From the NCBI GenBank assembly GCA_010405405.1, contig MU004239.1, forward strand, positions 1,504,722-1,568,721: 64,000 nt of DNA. Direction: 5' to 3'. The DNA comes from Microthyrium microscopicum (Eukaryota). Positions 24,489 through 36,353 of the stretch are shown here, one piece after another (the stretch's first letter is position 1; every line of letters begins with the position of its first letter). Made by a program: the position numbers and the translations under genes. The notes below the pieces were generated by a model that had not been told where the DNA came from, made no database searches, and worked only from the letters and a program-made list of their open reading frames with translations.

Positions 24489-25996
24489 GATGGGAAGAAT
24501 ATGGCGAGATCACTGGGAGGTGGATATGGAGAGTGTTGTTATTGATGGGTAAACTGGGCGTGGATTGATATATGGAAATGGAAATAATACGAAATGAGGT
24601 TTGGGCTTCTGTAAGTTATGAGCAGAAGGTTGGGAACGACTCGATAGACTTTTACTGATTGGAATACTAGTCGCTACTGGTACTATTTGTTAGAAGTGGC
24701 AGTAGCATTTGTTGTTCATGGAGAATGCGGTACAATATCGTACCTTCCTCGGCCATATCGATTTTGAACACACGAGTGGTGGCTCCTAGCACATTCGAAG
24801 GCTGCCATCGGATGCGTTTCTGTTCGAGTGCTTTGGCTGCCATCGCGTGCGATCGTGTTACTGCAAGCCGTGTCAATGTACTAATCGACTCTAATTACTA
24901 GGAGGTAATGAGGAAAGGAAGGGAAAAGGTCTACAAAGCGCATTCGGACAAGCTGAACGACCATAGGAGGTACATATAGTATTCGTTCAACCCACATCTC
25001 AGAAGCTCTGAATATTGGGAGATTCCGATATCATCTTAGCCTCAGTATAAGTTTGCTTCTACAACGAATGAAAAGATTCTACTTCTTGGAAGGCCGAGCG
25101 GCTCGAGGATACCTTACTCAGGAGTCAAATTCAAATTCTGTTATGACAGATTCCAAGAAAATAATTTCTTCATGACTAACAGCTCTTGTATGACTGCTCG
25201 CGTGATACTCTGCTGCAAACTGAACTGGATAAGAGTACTAAGCTAAGGTTTATGCATAAAACATGCAGGCCGTTCCGAACCTGTGGGCCTGGAAGTTCCC
25301 ATGCTGCTAAATCGGCCGGAACCGAAGAGGCGATCTTGAGTTCATACATGTAGGTAATCCCTTGTACGTAATAATTTATATGTCCTAAATCAACGATACC
25401 TCGTCTAGGCGTAACTTTTGGTGTCCAAATGTTGTGTATTTGGATGTTTAGATATTGTACCTTGTGTGCGCTGTGCTGACTTATTAACCGTGGGTTAGAT
25501 ATCGAAATGTTTTGGCTTGTGAATGCCAACTATTGGACCCTCAACGGCTCAAATTGCATACAACCTCAGAGGTTTGGGACGGGACAGGACATCCACCAGA
25601 CTAAGGTATTCTAGTTGCCGTTGTTAGCTTCCCAACAGAGAACAAAGATCCAGGATTCCAGGCCAATATCCGAGGCAGCAACAGCACTTGAGCTTCATCA
25701 ACAACCTTCCGCCTTGCGCGGAGAGAGATGCTTCGTTGTACAGCTCTGCCACATTCTTCGCCCCAACATCCATGAAACCACCGCCATTCTGACCGGTTGC
25801 CTTCCCAGTTAACCACTTCCTCGAAACAATTCAGAGCACAATTGCGGCGTCTGCTGTCGCCGGCCAGATGTCATCAGCCTACCCACCAAACCACTCTTGA
25901 AAATTGCCTGCCGTCATCTCGCGACTCGGCTGTAGAGTACACCTTGGGTTCGGTTGGACCCTTGCAGCACGAAGAGCTTTATTCCCGGCTCCAACA

Positions 25997-27950
25997 ATGA
26001 CTACCTCGAGCCCAATCGGCGTCAATATCACTGAAATCCTGACCGGCATCCGAAAATCAAAATATATTTACGACACCTATTATGATCCGTATGAACGAGC
26101 CAACGGCCGGCTTCAGTCTTTGGTGAGCACATCGAAAGACCTCCATGATGTGCTGCAAGAGTCGGAAAGGTTGCTGAGGTTGTGGAATCGTCATTATCCA
26201 GGCCAAACTAGCTTGAATCGCCGGCTCCAGGAGACTCACGCCTTTATTCGTCGATTTTGTGATCTTGAACAGCTCTCTCAGGAAGATGCTAGTTTCAGTC
26301 CTCCAAGGCGGAAGCAAAGCTGGAAGCTGTTTCGATATGGCTGGGAGGAGAGGAGGGCCATGCAAATTCATGAGGGACTGATGATGGAGCTACATAAATT
26401 CATACAATTTATTCTGGTGGTAGCATTGTAAGACGATACTCGTTGCAAAAAGGCATCGCTAACTGGTCATAGACGAGCGACTGTAACTCCACCTGGATCA
26501 ACTCCATCCAATCGCATAAGTGGCAGACTGAAGCCAGAAGACTCGACAATTGAAGATATAGCTCGAAGATTAAATGAGATTCACTACCAGGTAGAGCGAC
26601 TTCAAAATCAGGCCATCCTCGTCCAGTTCGGTAGAGGCCGTGACTTGGATCTCACTGATCTCGAACAACAACTCGAGCGAGAATGGCGACTGCTCTGTCT
26701 CCGTGCCGGATTCGAGGACGTAGCACATCGACCACCACTACCAGGCGGATCCAGAAATCTCCTGCTCTCACCATCTCAAGTATATACCGAGATCATCATC
26801 GCCCATAACCGTGACTCCCTCATCGGTCCACGCCACGAAGGTCTAAACCTCACGCCCTTCGCGCCCGAAAACATCTCTTCCAAACGCTCCCGGACCCTCT
26901 CCCCCGATCCAGCGACCACTGTACCTCTATCACCAAACATCGAGCCTGACCAGCACCACATACTTCTCGGCGACCCAGCTCTCCCCATATGCATAGCCTC
27001 CTAGTAAACTGTCATCCCTCCCTTCATCATACAACAAGCTAACATCCTCCAGCGAAATGAAACCGCGCCAAATGCTCAAACTCCAAACCTACCGCCTCAC
27101 CCCCTCCGGCCCAACCCGCCTCCTAACCTGGACCGGCACAACACCAACCCACACCCTCGAACACCACCTCCCATCCTCCACACCACTCCCATACACCCTC
27201 CACGCCTCCCTATCCTCCCTCAGCCCCACAATATCAATAACAATCCCCGGCCCCTCACGCATCCGCTGGCTCAAATCCACCGACCAATCCAACACACCTA
27301 CTCTCAAACTAGACGAATCCCGCACCGACGTCTCCTACTCCTTCGTCACGCGCGCCGACGCACTCCGTTTCCAAGAAGATATCCGCGACGCCCACCTCCT
27401 CGGCGCATTCGACATCGCTCAAATCTCTAGCACCACTACAGGTTCACGCGGAAGTAGCAGGGAAGCAGTGAATCAAGATGTTAAGATCTGGTGTACGCGC
27501 GACGAGCGTGCGGAGGTTACGTTATCTTACTATGCGGACCAAAGGGGCGAGCATGTCGAATGGGGGGTCCGAGAATTTATAAGCGTTGAGGGGAAGGGGA
27601 AGAGGTGTGTGGTGCTCACTCTGGCGCGAGCGGTACGGGAGGGTGGGAAGACGGCGTTTTGGAAGAGGAAGGGGAGGGATGAGATGGTTTGGGAGAGTGT
27701 GGGGTCGGGCGCGAGTTCGGTGCGGTCGACGAGTACGGCGGGGACGGTCGCGAGTGTGAGTAGTTTTGGCTCTGTGGCGTCGTCGGTTGGGGCGGGGAGG
27801 GCGAGGTGGATGGATAAGGTGCAGAGTTTGACGGTTCAGTTTGGACCGGAGGCGAAGAAGAAGGGGGAAGAGGATGATTATGTGCGATTTGTGAGGTTGC
27901 TGAGTATTCTGGTCCAGAGAGATAGTGAAGGAGGAGCAGAGCCTGCATAA
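25997..27950 (+). CDS. Hypothetical protein, three exons
   Basis: ORF segments join in frame through introns at about 26428-26472 and 27004-27052 (GT..CTAAC..AG). Helical N-terminus and beta-rich C-terminal region; no family recognised. Confidence 0.7.
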
Positions 27951-28293
27951 GCGTATCCACGAAATGACGAATGTATGAATTAAAGTAGCATGTTCATCAC
28001 GGGAAGAAGATTGTCACGATGTGAAGAACTCGTGGAGTGATGGAATAAGTTACATGATATGAGCTAGCCGCTAGCATATATAAGCAAACAAACCTGGTAC
28101 AGGTAGTGCAATCAGACATAAAAACTACATACAATGAAGTTGGAATAAGCTCACACCAGCTTGCTTTCATTCCCCAGCTAAAAACAACACAACAACTTCC
28201 CGCCCAACTTTTCGCCCTCAACGTCCCACTTCAGCTATAAGAACCACCATGCCAGCCTCCTCCCTGCTGGGACCACCAGTCGTTATAAGCATT

Positions 28294-31200
28294 CTATGCC
28301 TGCGGCTGATGGTCTGGCGGACCCACTGCACTACCTCTGCGTCTCATCTCCTCTTCACCGCGCGTCTCGACGCTATTCGTTCGCCGTTGGTGGTGGTGAT
28401 GCTCATCTACAGAGTGTCGATGTTCAGAACGTCTATGTTCAGAGTGTCGATGATCAGGGTGTTGATGTTCTGGATGTCGATGTTCAGGGCGTTGATGTTC
28501 GTATCCTGGCGGTGGAGGCGTGCTAGGTACAACTGACAAAGGCGCATCATGATCGTGATAGCTCATAGGCGGAAGAGGTGGACCCGGAGGACCGCGGTAG
28601 TGCTGCTCTTCGTAAGATTGATTGCGTGAATGCATATATCCCGGTGGTGGACCTTCGCGCTCATCGCGGTGCGTATAGCCAACCGGATGAAGTGGTGGTG
28701 GACCTTGTTCGCGCGGGTCGTGTTGATAGCCTGGTGGAGGGCCATTGTACCCTTGTGGAGGAGGGTGTACTTGATAAGCACCAGGATACATACCCTGTGG
28801 TGGCGAATTGGGCGGCGGTCCGTTATGGGAATAGTGTGGCTGCGGCGGAGGTTGAGAGTAGAAGTGTTGTTGATGTTGTTGGAAATTTGGTGGTGGTGGT
28901 TGACCTTGATGGTAGAAAGCTGGAGGGCCGGTATTGGTAGGCGGAGGTGGAGGTGGGCCAGGATAGATTGGCGGTCCATTATTGTACGCCTGTTGTACTG
29001 GTGGTTGATTTTGTTGATATTGTAACTGAGGTGGATAGTTTGAAGGCGGACCTTGGGGATTCTGGCCTGGCTGAAGAGGAGCCTGCTGAAGCGGCCCTTG
29101 TTGGAGCGGTCCTTGCTGTTGACCTTGCGGTACTAACATTTGCGGCGGCTGATTTTGCTGTGAGGGACCTTGCTGCTGGAGTATTGGTGGAGGTTGATTT
29201 GGTTGACTCTGCTGAGGCTGAATCTGTTGAGGTGGACCCAATTGTGGCGAAAAGCGTGGTTGAAGACCAGGAGGACCTTGAGTTAGAGTCGGAGGAGCAC
29301 CATGTGAAGTAAGTGGCGGAGGACCAGAAGGCATATGCCCAGATGGAGGAGGACCAGGTTGAAAACCAGGAGCCTCCGCAATCCTTATAGGTTGCGAAGC
29401 CGCAATGAGTCTCGCTTCGCTTCCGCTCGGCGGCAGAGGATTATACGACAACAGAGGACGATCTCCAAGCATATAAGCATTAGGCCGAGTAGTATCAGGT
29501 CCACCAGCCAAGATCTTACGTTCATACGTCCGTTCCTGAAGGCGTTTGAAGTTTTCCTTGTCTGCTTTCTGTCTAGCTTTTCTCTCAGCCCACCAGTTCG
29601 TCATTGTTTGAGATCGTTTTTCGGATCTCGGACGTTTGAGGCGCCGTCTATCGACTTTGTGATGGGGTGAATCCTCGTAGGCTGTATCGCCTAATCCTGG
29701 TCCAAGAACGAGGGTCTCGTCGACGATTGGCAAGTCTGCGCCTTCCTGGCTAACGTTGGGACTCTCAGAACTATCGAAGGTAGTCATCGATTTTGTACCT
29801 AGTTGCGAGCCATTGTCATCGACATAACCTGCCACTGTGAAGCCTGGGTTTGGCGATTGCATCATGCCTTTCATGAGACGCGGGCCTTTCTTGATCCCTC
29901 GGTCCTTTCGAGGAGCGTGGTTTTTGAAACCAGGAGGTCGACCACGTCGAGGTTTTGGTAGTTCCGTGGGTTTTCCGGTTACTGATGTTCCAGGAGTCCA
30001 ATTCTTGGAACCAGGCTGTGGAGTAGATCCAGGAGGAAAGTCATGCATAGGTACTCCTTGGCTATCATAGCCGCCAATAGCATCCGATTCGCGGCTATAC
30101 ATCATGGAATCGTCAAGATCCTCGGACTGCGTCTCGCTATCCTCCTCCTCCCCATACATATCCATCATTTCTTGAGGCGTGGGATCATGATACTTTTTCG
30201 GTGTTGGAGTGTTGTGAACACTACCATAGTCCATATTTTGAGGAGCCGATGGCCAGTCTTGGTAATTCTGCATGGGACCTTGTCCTCGAGGAGAGCCTTC
30301 GGGCGTCGCGCGCAACGAGTCTCCGCCCCTGAGCTGCGATTCAGGGAATGCTTGCTGGTCGTTGTCTCCGAAAGGTGTAGCTAAATTACCAGCAGCGTTA
30401 GCACGTTTCTCTGGACTAACAGGTGCAGTAGAACCGTCTTCTTCATCGCTGTTATACCGAGGAAAATGTTCGGGTCCGTGAGCCGACACGATTTCAGCAG
30501 CCTTTGAAGCAGCTAGAGCCATCATTTCATTCGCTTCTGCCTCGTCTACCGGTTCGCCAGCAATTGCTTCGTCTTCTGTCATGACAGCGTCATCATCCAG
30601 GGCACGATCCAGTTCCGCGGCGATATCAGCTACGGAGAGACGACCACGGTTGGCGCTACCAACGTGAACTGCTAATGGTGAACTTATGAAATCATGATCC
30701 TTGATTCGAGGAAGAGCAGCAAGAGTTCTGAATGTTCCGCGAGGAGGCAGTCGTTGACCAAAAGCGCCACGAAAGCCCCCGCGAGGAGGAAGACGCTGGC
30801 TTGCTGGTGTAGACGCGCGAGATGCATCGTCTTGTATTCTAGCCTTTCCAGAACGTCTGTCAAATGGTTTGCGAACGTCATCCATGCTCATATCCACTAT
30901 TGGCTCCGAATCCGTAGCCATCTCATCAATGGCCATGGCATCGGAAGCAAACTCTTCTTCAGGATCAAAGCTGTCTTGCAGCGATTCCACGAATCCACCG
31001 CGCCCACGACCACGACCACGACCTCTGCCGCGTCCGCCTCTTGAACCACGACCACCTCTTGAGCCACGCCCACCTCGTCCACGTCCGCGGCCTCGACCAG
31101 GAGAAGGGATTGTCATTTCGTCACCTAGGCGAGGAATGCGGCCACGGCGTTTCGCTTCCGGCTCATCCACTGCAAAATCACGCGCTCGTTTCATGCCAGT

Positions 31201-33159
31201 TGATGATTCTGTTGGATCAATATCTTGACGCGCAGCACGTCTAGTGCGATAGCCCGAGTCACTAGCCAGGCCATCTGCATCATCGTCATCAAGATCTCGT
31301 TGTCGGCGCTGCCGAAGTTCACGTGCCCAAGCGCTTCGACTCTCCCGTTGCGCAATGGGATCTTGTTCGTTCGGCAGTCTGCGAGTGTCGTATTGGTAGC
31401 CATATAATTCGGCTTCCTTCATAGCGTCGAATACAGCTGGGTCCAGCGGTATACGGCCGCCTTCAACGGGGCGGCGCGCTGGCTGATGGACGGGTGCTGT
31501 GTGACGATCGAGTGCGACGTATTCTTCTTGCCATGCTTTGAGGACTTGGACTACGTGAGCAGACATTTGATAAAGATCTTCGGTGCGACGACTCTCGGGT
31601 GCATGGCGAGTTAACTCTTCGACGAGCTTTTCTGGATTTTGAATGGGGTTGTACTTTTGTTTGAGAAGAATTGCAGCTGGATCATGCATGTCATTGTCAT
31701 CAGGAGCAATTTTGTCCAGGAAAGGCTTCAAAAGATAGAAATAGGAAAGGTCCTCCTCTGGAACCATTTCGATATCCGATAGTTCGCTCTCATCACTCTG
31801 GATGGGCTGATCATCATTTTGAAGTGCGGGAGGAGTTAATCGAGATTGTTGTGATGCGGGAGATTTCCCTCGTGAATTGGACTTTTTGGTAGTGTCAGAA
31901 GTCTCCTCCGCTTTGGTATAATTTCCGCCGATGACTTTGAATTGAGGATCAACTGGAGTGGTGATGGTAGCTTCACTGTTTTCAACCTCTTCTTCATCAG
32001 TCTGCATTTCTTCTTCTTCTGATTCAGCTGGCACGTCTTCGCTGACTTCGCCAGGGTCTTTAACCACAAGCCGGATAGATCGAGAGGCGCGAGCTCTTGG
32101 GGTTCCTCTCGCTCGGCTGGCTCCACGACCTCCTCTGCCACGAGGGCGTGCACCTCTTGATCCCCGTCCACCACCACGTCCACGACCTCCTCGGGTAGCG
32201 ACAGTTGCAACTCTAGCGCGACTACCACGGGGTCGACCACCACGACCACGACCGCGAGGCGGTGCAACTACTGCTTGAGAAGGAGCGATATCAACTTCCA
32301 TGTCTGAAATTTCCGCTTTTTCTGGAGAGTCGCTAGATTGATCCATTTCGTTTGATGATGACTCGAGCGCCAGAAGAAAGTCCTTTGGAACAGAAAAAAA
32401 CACAAGCTTTGGCTTGTAAAAGGCAGTGTGAATTCTAGATTCAGGTTCTACCTCGTCTTGTTCTGTTTCAGTCTCAACTAGCAAATCATCGTCGCTATTA
32501 TCGACGGCGTAATTGACTTGAGTGCGTTGACGAGATGGAGTATCTTTGCCTCGTACGGATGAGCGAACACGGCGGGTTGCATAGCGTTCCCCTATGGAGT
32601 GGTTGCCATTTTCGGATTCTTGCTTCTCATTAAGGTCGGCATCCACGACGGTCGGCCCAACAGGTAAATTTTTGACATCGGATTGACCATCCATATTAGC
32701 GTTGGAAGTTTGAACAGGCTTAATCTCATCGTCAGAAACTGCAACATCAAAGATATCGCCATGGTTTTGAGTTTTGGATGATTTTTCTTTCCGCAATCTT
32801 GCTTTGGTGGCTGATGTAGCCGAGTGAGGTTTCATGGTGGATTCGACAGGAGATATTTGCTCTTCATCAATAAGCATGGAATAATCAGGTACTTGCAAAC
32901 TTGTCCGAGCAGCTGAGCGGCGAGGCCGTTTTGATTGAAGTGGAGTGTCTTGATCCAGTTCGTCATCATTAATCAAGTCGGGTTCATCCTCAGGAGATGC
33001 TGAAGTGCGATTGCGATCAGTTTGAGCTCGATTTCTCCCACTTGTGAGATATTGCTTTGAGCTATTATTTCCGTGGACCAGATCTCGATAAGAGACTGGA
33101 GGTCCACGACTAGAAGTGCGTAGACCGGAGCCTGGTGGTCTTCCTTTACGCGGTGGCAT
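28294..33159 (-). CDS. 1621-aa low-complexity, probably nuclear protein with RG/RGG tracts, AT-hook-like motifs and a Pro/Gln-rich tail
   Basis: Single uninterrupted ORF; KGRPP and PRRGRPP motifs, two GRGRGG blocks, acidic tracts and one likely folded segment (LKAWQEEY..EAELYGYQYD). Confidence 0.85.
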   Translation of the reverse strand: MPPRKGRPPGSGLRTSSRGPPVSYRDLVHGNNSSKQYLTSGRNRAQTDRNRTSASPEDEPDLINDDELDQDTPLQSKRPRRSAARTSLQVPDYSMLIDEEQISPVESTMKPHSATSATKARLRKEKSSKTQNHGDIFDVAVSDDEIKPVQTSNANMDGQSDVKNLPVGPTVVDADLNEKQESENGNHSIGERYATRRVRSSVRGKDTPSRQRTQVNYAVDNSDDDLLVETETEQDEVEPESRIHTAFYKPKLVFFSVPKDFLLALESSSNEMDQSSDSPEKAEISDMEVDIAPSQAVVAPPRGRGRGGRPRGSRARVATVATRGGRGRGGGRGSRGARPRGRGGRGASRARGTPRARASRSIRLVVKDPGEVSEDVPAESEEEEMQTDEEEVENSEATITTPVDPQFKVIGGNYTKAEETSDTTKKSNSRGKSPASQQSRLTPPALQNDDQPIQSDESELSDIEMVPEEDLSYFYLLKPFLDKIAPDDNDMHDPAAILLKQKYNPIQNPEKLVEELTRHAPESRRTEDLYQMSAHVVQVLKAWQEEYVALDRHTAPVHQPARRPVEGGRIPLDPAVFDAMKEAELYGYQYDTRRLPNEQDPIAQRESRSAWARELRQRRQRDLDDDDADGLASDSGYRTRRAARQDIDPTESSTGMKRARDFAVDEPEAKRRGRIPRLGDEMTIPSPGRGRGRGRGGRGSRGGRGSRGGRGRGRGRGRGRGGFVESLQDSFDPEEEFASDAMAIDEMATDSEPIVDMSMDDVRKPFDRRSGKARIQDDASRASTPASQRLPPRGGFRGAFGQRLPPRGTFRTLAALPRIKDHDFISSPLAVHVGSANRGRLSVADIAAELDRALDDDAVMTEDEAIAGEPVDEAEANEMMALAASKAAEIVSAHGPEHFPRYNSDEEDGSTAPVSPEKRANAAGNLATPFGDNDQQAFPESQLRGGDSLRATPEGSPRGQGPMQNYQDWPSAPQNMDYGSVHNTPTPKKYHDPTPQEMMDMYGEEEDSETQSEDLDDSMMYSRESDAIGGYDSQGVPMHDFPPGSTPQPGSKNWTPGTSVTGKPTELPKPRRGRPPGFKNHAPRKDRGIKKGPRLMKGMMQSPNPGFTVAGYVDDNGSQLGTKSMTTFDSSESPNVSQEGADLPIVDETLVLGPGLGDTAYEDSPHHKVDRRRLKRPRSEKRSQTMTNWWAERKARQKADKENFKRLQERTYERKILAGGPDTTRPNAYMLGDRPLLSYNPLPPSGSEARLIAASQPIRIAEAPGFQPGPPPSGHMPSGPPPLTSHGAPPTLTQGPPGLQPRFSPQLGPPQQIQPQQSQPNQPPPILQQQGPSQQNQPPQMLVPQGQQQGPLQQGPLQQAPLQPGQNPQGPPSNYPPQLQYQQNQPPVQQAYNNGPPIYPGPPPPPPTNTGPPAFYHQGQPPPPNFQQHQQHFYSQPPPQPHYSHNGPPPNSPPQGMYPGAYQVHPPPQGYNGPPPGYQHDPREQGPPPLHPVGYTHRDEREGPPPGYMHSRNQSYEEQHYRGPPGPPLPPMSYHDHDAPLSVVPSTPPPPGYEHQRPEHRHPEHQHPDHRHSEHRRSEHRHSVDEHHHHQRRTNSVETRGEEEMRRRGSAVGPPDHQPQA
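28412..28501. repeat. Six 15-bp coding tandem repeats (EHxH-type pentapeptides)
   Basis: gagtgtcgatgttca-like unit x6, encoding EHQRP EHRHP EHQHP DHRHS EHRRS EHRHS on the minus strand. Confidence 0.85.
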
Positions 33160-34230
33160 TTTGGAAGGGGCCGAGATTGTCAGTTTGATGAAGAAGTTCA
33201 GGGACTAGATCATCATTGAGAAGGGGAAAGTTGTGCCAAAGACGGTTTCTCAATGAAAAGTAGGAAAAGAAAGCGATCAAAGTGGCACAGTTTTACTGTA
33301 AGCCGGGTGAGTTTTGATGGGTATTGCCTGCTCTGTTCTGTGCTCCTGAACTTTGAAGCAGATGGCAGGAGTAGGCAGCTCCGGTTAACAGTGACAGAGA
33401 GGAAAACGGCAGATTAAGCATAGACGAGAGAAGTGAAAGAAGAAAGGGAGAGTGACTTTTAGAAGCAAATGTGTACTGGACAAGCAATAGTTGCAAGAGA
33501 CCACGGGGTATATTGAGAGTAGTAGTTTGGATACAAACCAAGAGGTCATTTCAGATTTGACTTGTTCTTTCTCTCACGCTCAAGCAGTCATTCTGCGTCG
33601 TGTTGCACGACCGCCAAGAGTCTAGCTTACCTCAGGGATTCTAGGCCTAATTAGGCAACGCCTCAGCCGAACTTGTCCAGGTCATCTATAATCCAGCATT
33701 GCCATTGGTTGAAAGATCAGCATTTTGGCTATTTGCTTTTCATGCCGCATTAGCGCTTGCCTAGTGTCCCTTTCAGGTCGTCTTTCATTTTTGTGCCACG
33801 CGTGGATACTTTGCCTCATTTTTCCTGCTTACACCAACAACAACACTAGATGGATCTTGAAGTAATCGTACGATGTACATAGCAGGACGCGCTTGTATTC
33901 AGCTTCCTACTTTAACTGAGTTCGATGCCTGAGTTGCATGGCGGTCATCTCAGGTATCCTGAGACATGATCTGCTTGATTCATCCAAAGACGAAACCTGA
34001 CTGTCTACACCAAATAGTCCAAATCAGTATCTGATCTCTGGACGGCAAGGACGAACGACACAAATTAAACTATTGAGAAAGCTTTTTACACACCTTGTAA
34101 ATGATCCAATTTGGTTGTAAGCACAAATAATCCACAAATATCACGTATATTCTCCCATAATAATTATATGATTCAAAACATATCTGTATTTTCTGGCAGA
34201 AACAGTTTCATAACATAATACTACCAGACC

Positions 34231-36353
34231 TCAGGCCCAATCCTCTTTGATCAAGTCCGCAGCCTTCTCCGCCAGACTATATACACTCGAGCAGATATTT
34301 CCCGACACATTATTCGGAAAGATACTGGCATCTACCACTCGCACGCTCTTGACACCTTTGACCTTCAGTCGTGAATCAAGCGCATCGCCCATCGCTACCG
34401 AACCACAGGAATGATACTCGCCAAAAACGGCGTTATATACCTCTGCTTCGCCAACTCGAAGGTCTTGCAGGTCTTTATCTGGTTCTGGACAATACCGTTT
34501 CTCGATCATAGGAGCAAGCTTGCTAGACTTGGTTACTCTGTCAAACAGCTTCATTCCACCAGCAAGCACAGCTGCATCGGCAGAATGCTTGAGGTATGCT
34601 GGGTCAATCACTGGTGAATCTTTTGGATCTGAATGGTAAAGTTAGTAAGTTGAGTTCGTAACGATGGGACACACATACCAGCACTCTTGATGTGTATAGA
34701 TCCTCGACTAACTGGATACTGCAAGCAAATCGCAAGCGTAATACCATCAGGTCCATTAGGATCAGGAGTAACAATCTTGGACTGATCCCCCGCTGCATCG
34801 GGATTCATGGATGCTGGAATAACGACCATCTGCAAGTTGGCGCTCTTGCTATCTTCCAGATGGATGATGATTTGCTGAAGCTGCTTCTTCTGGAATTCGG
34901 TCGGTGCATCTTTGATGGATTGCTTGATTGAGTCAACAGTCGCTTGGACTTCAGATTTGTCCACGCAGATGTTATACGACAGGAATCCTTGTGTGCTGGA
35001 AATGCTGGATAGTGGTCCAGATTGCGTTTCGGCATATGCTTTCATGGCTCCAGCCATATTATCCGGCTTGAACAGCGAATCCACCGACATCACATCCGGC
35101 TTCAACTTATACCCCATGAGCGTTATCGAGTGATCCTGGTAATTGTTGCCAATAGCCTTATTCTCCACCTTCACATCCACACCCGCAGCTCTGAGAACCT
35201 CTGGATCTCCAATGCCGCTCAACTCTAGGATCTGAGGTGATTGGATAACACCACCACACACCAACACCTCGCGCTTGATCTTGACATCATACGTCTTTCC
35301 ATCATGCGTAAAGTTGACACCAGTAGCTTTCTCACCCTCCAAATTAATCTTATTCACCACCGCCTCACACAGAATCTTCAAATTACTCCGCCCCTTCGCC
35401 GCATTCAAATATCCTCGTCCCGCATAACTTCTCTTCCCCTTATCCGGGCCACTCCTAACCACGCTCCCCAACGTATTAAAGAAGCCTATGTGGTCACCAC
35501 TCCACGGATCCTTTGCTTTTGCGTAGCCAGTCACTTCATCCGCCGCGTCAATAATCGCAATCTCAATAGGCAGACTTGGCGTATCATTAAAACTCGTCCT
35601 CACTGGCCCGTCACTCCCGTGGTTCTCGACGGCAAATGCGAGATTCGTGCGGTCTGTGATGGCGTCGTGGATCGGCTCGAGGGTTTGGTGCTTGCGCATG
35701 TATTTCATCATGTGGCTAGAGTCCCAGCCTGCGTCGCCGGCGAGTTCGGCCCAGTCGTCAAAGTCGCGTAGACTGCCGCGTACGTACATCATGTAGTTTG
35801 TGCCGCTGGAGCCGCCGAGGAGTTTGCCGCGGGGGATATGGTGGACTATGCCTCTGTTTGCTTTCTGGGGTGTTATTAGTAGGAGAGTAAAGAAAGGGGC
35901 GAAGCTGAGGAGCGGTTTGTTTGGACTGGTGTTCATGGGTGGTCTGGTACATATCACGTACCTGGGGGACTGATTTCCAGTTCCAGTCGTATTCTGGATT
36001 TCCGAGCATGGCGAAGAGGGCGCCGGGTGTGTCGACGTTTGGATCGTTGGGTCGGTGTTTTCCTGCTTCGAGGACGCCGACGGTGACATTCTCATTCTTC
36101 AAGCAGTAAAATTTAGCTTACTGAACCCCTGATGACCACGCTTCACTGTATTTATAGGAAGACTAACCTCTGACAAGCGAGCAGCAAGCGTCATACCAGC
36201 AGTACCGCCACCACAGATCACATAGTCAAATTCAGCCTTCTGGAACTCGTCGATATTTGATATCACAGAAGGAGAGTGACCGTTAGAGCCGTTGGAGTGG
36301 CCATTGGATCCATTAGAACCGTTGGAGTGGCCATTGGAGCCATTGGAAGCCAT
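34231..36353 (-). CDS. GMC oxidoreductase (CAZy AA3-like), no signal peptide
   Basis: DYVICGGGTAG, VLEAG, PRGKLLGGSSGTN, SPQILELSGIG, EYHSCGS, RVVDASIFP..SGN, AEKAADLI. Introns 36167-36097, 35962-35865, 34678-34629. Confidence 0.94.

Noticed and set aside
27002..27004. Apparent premature TAG in the hypothetical gene
   Set aside because: The G is the first base of intron 27004-27052; the spliced codon is TAC.
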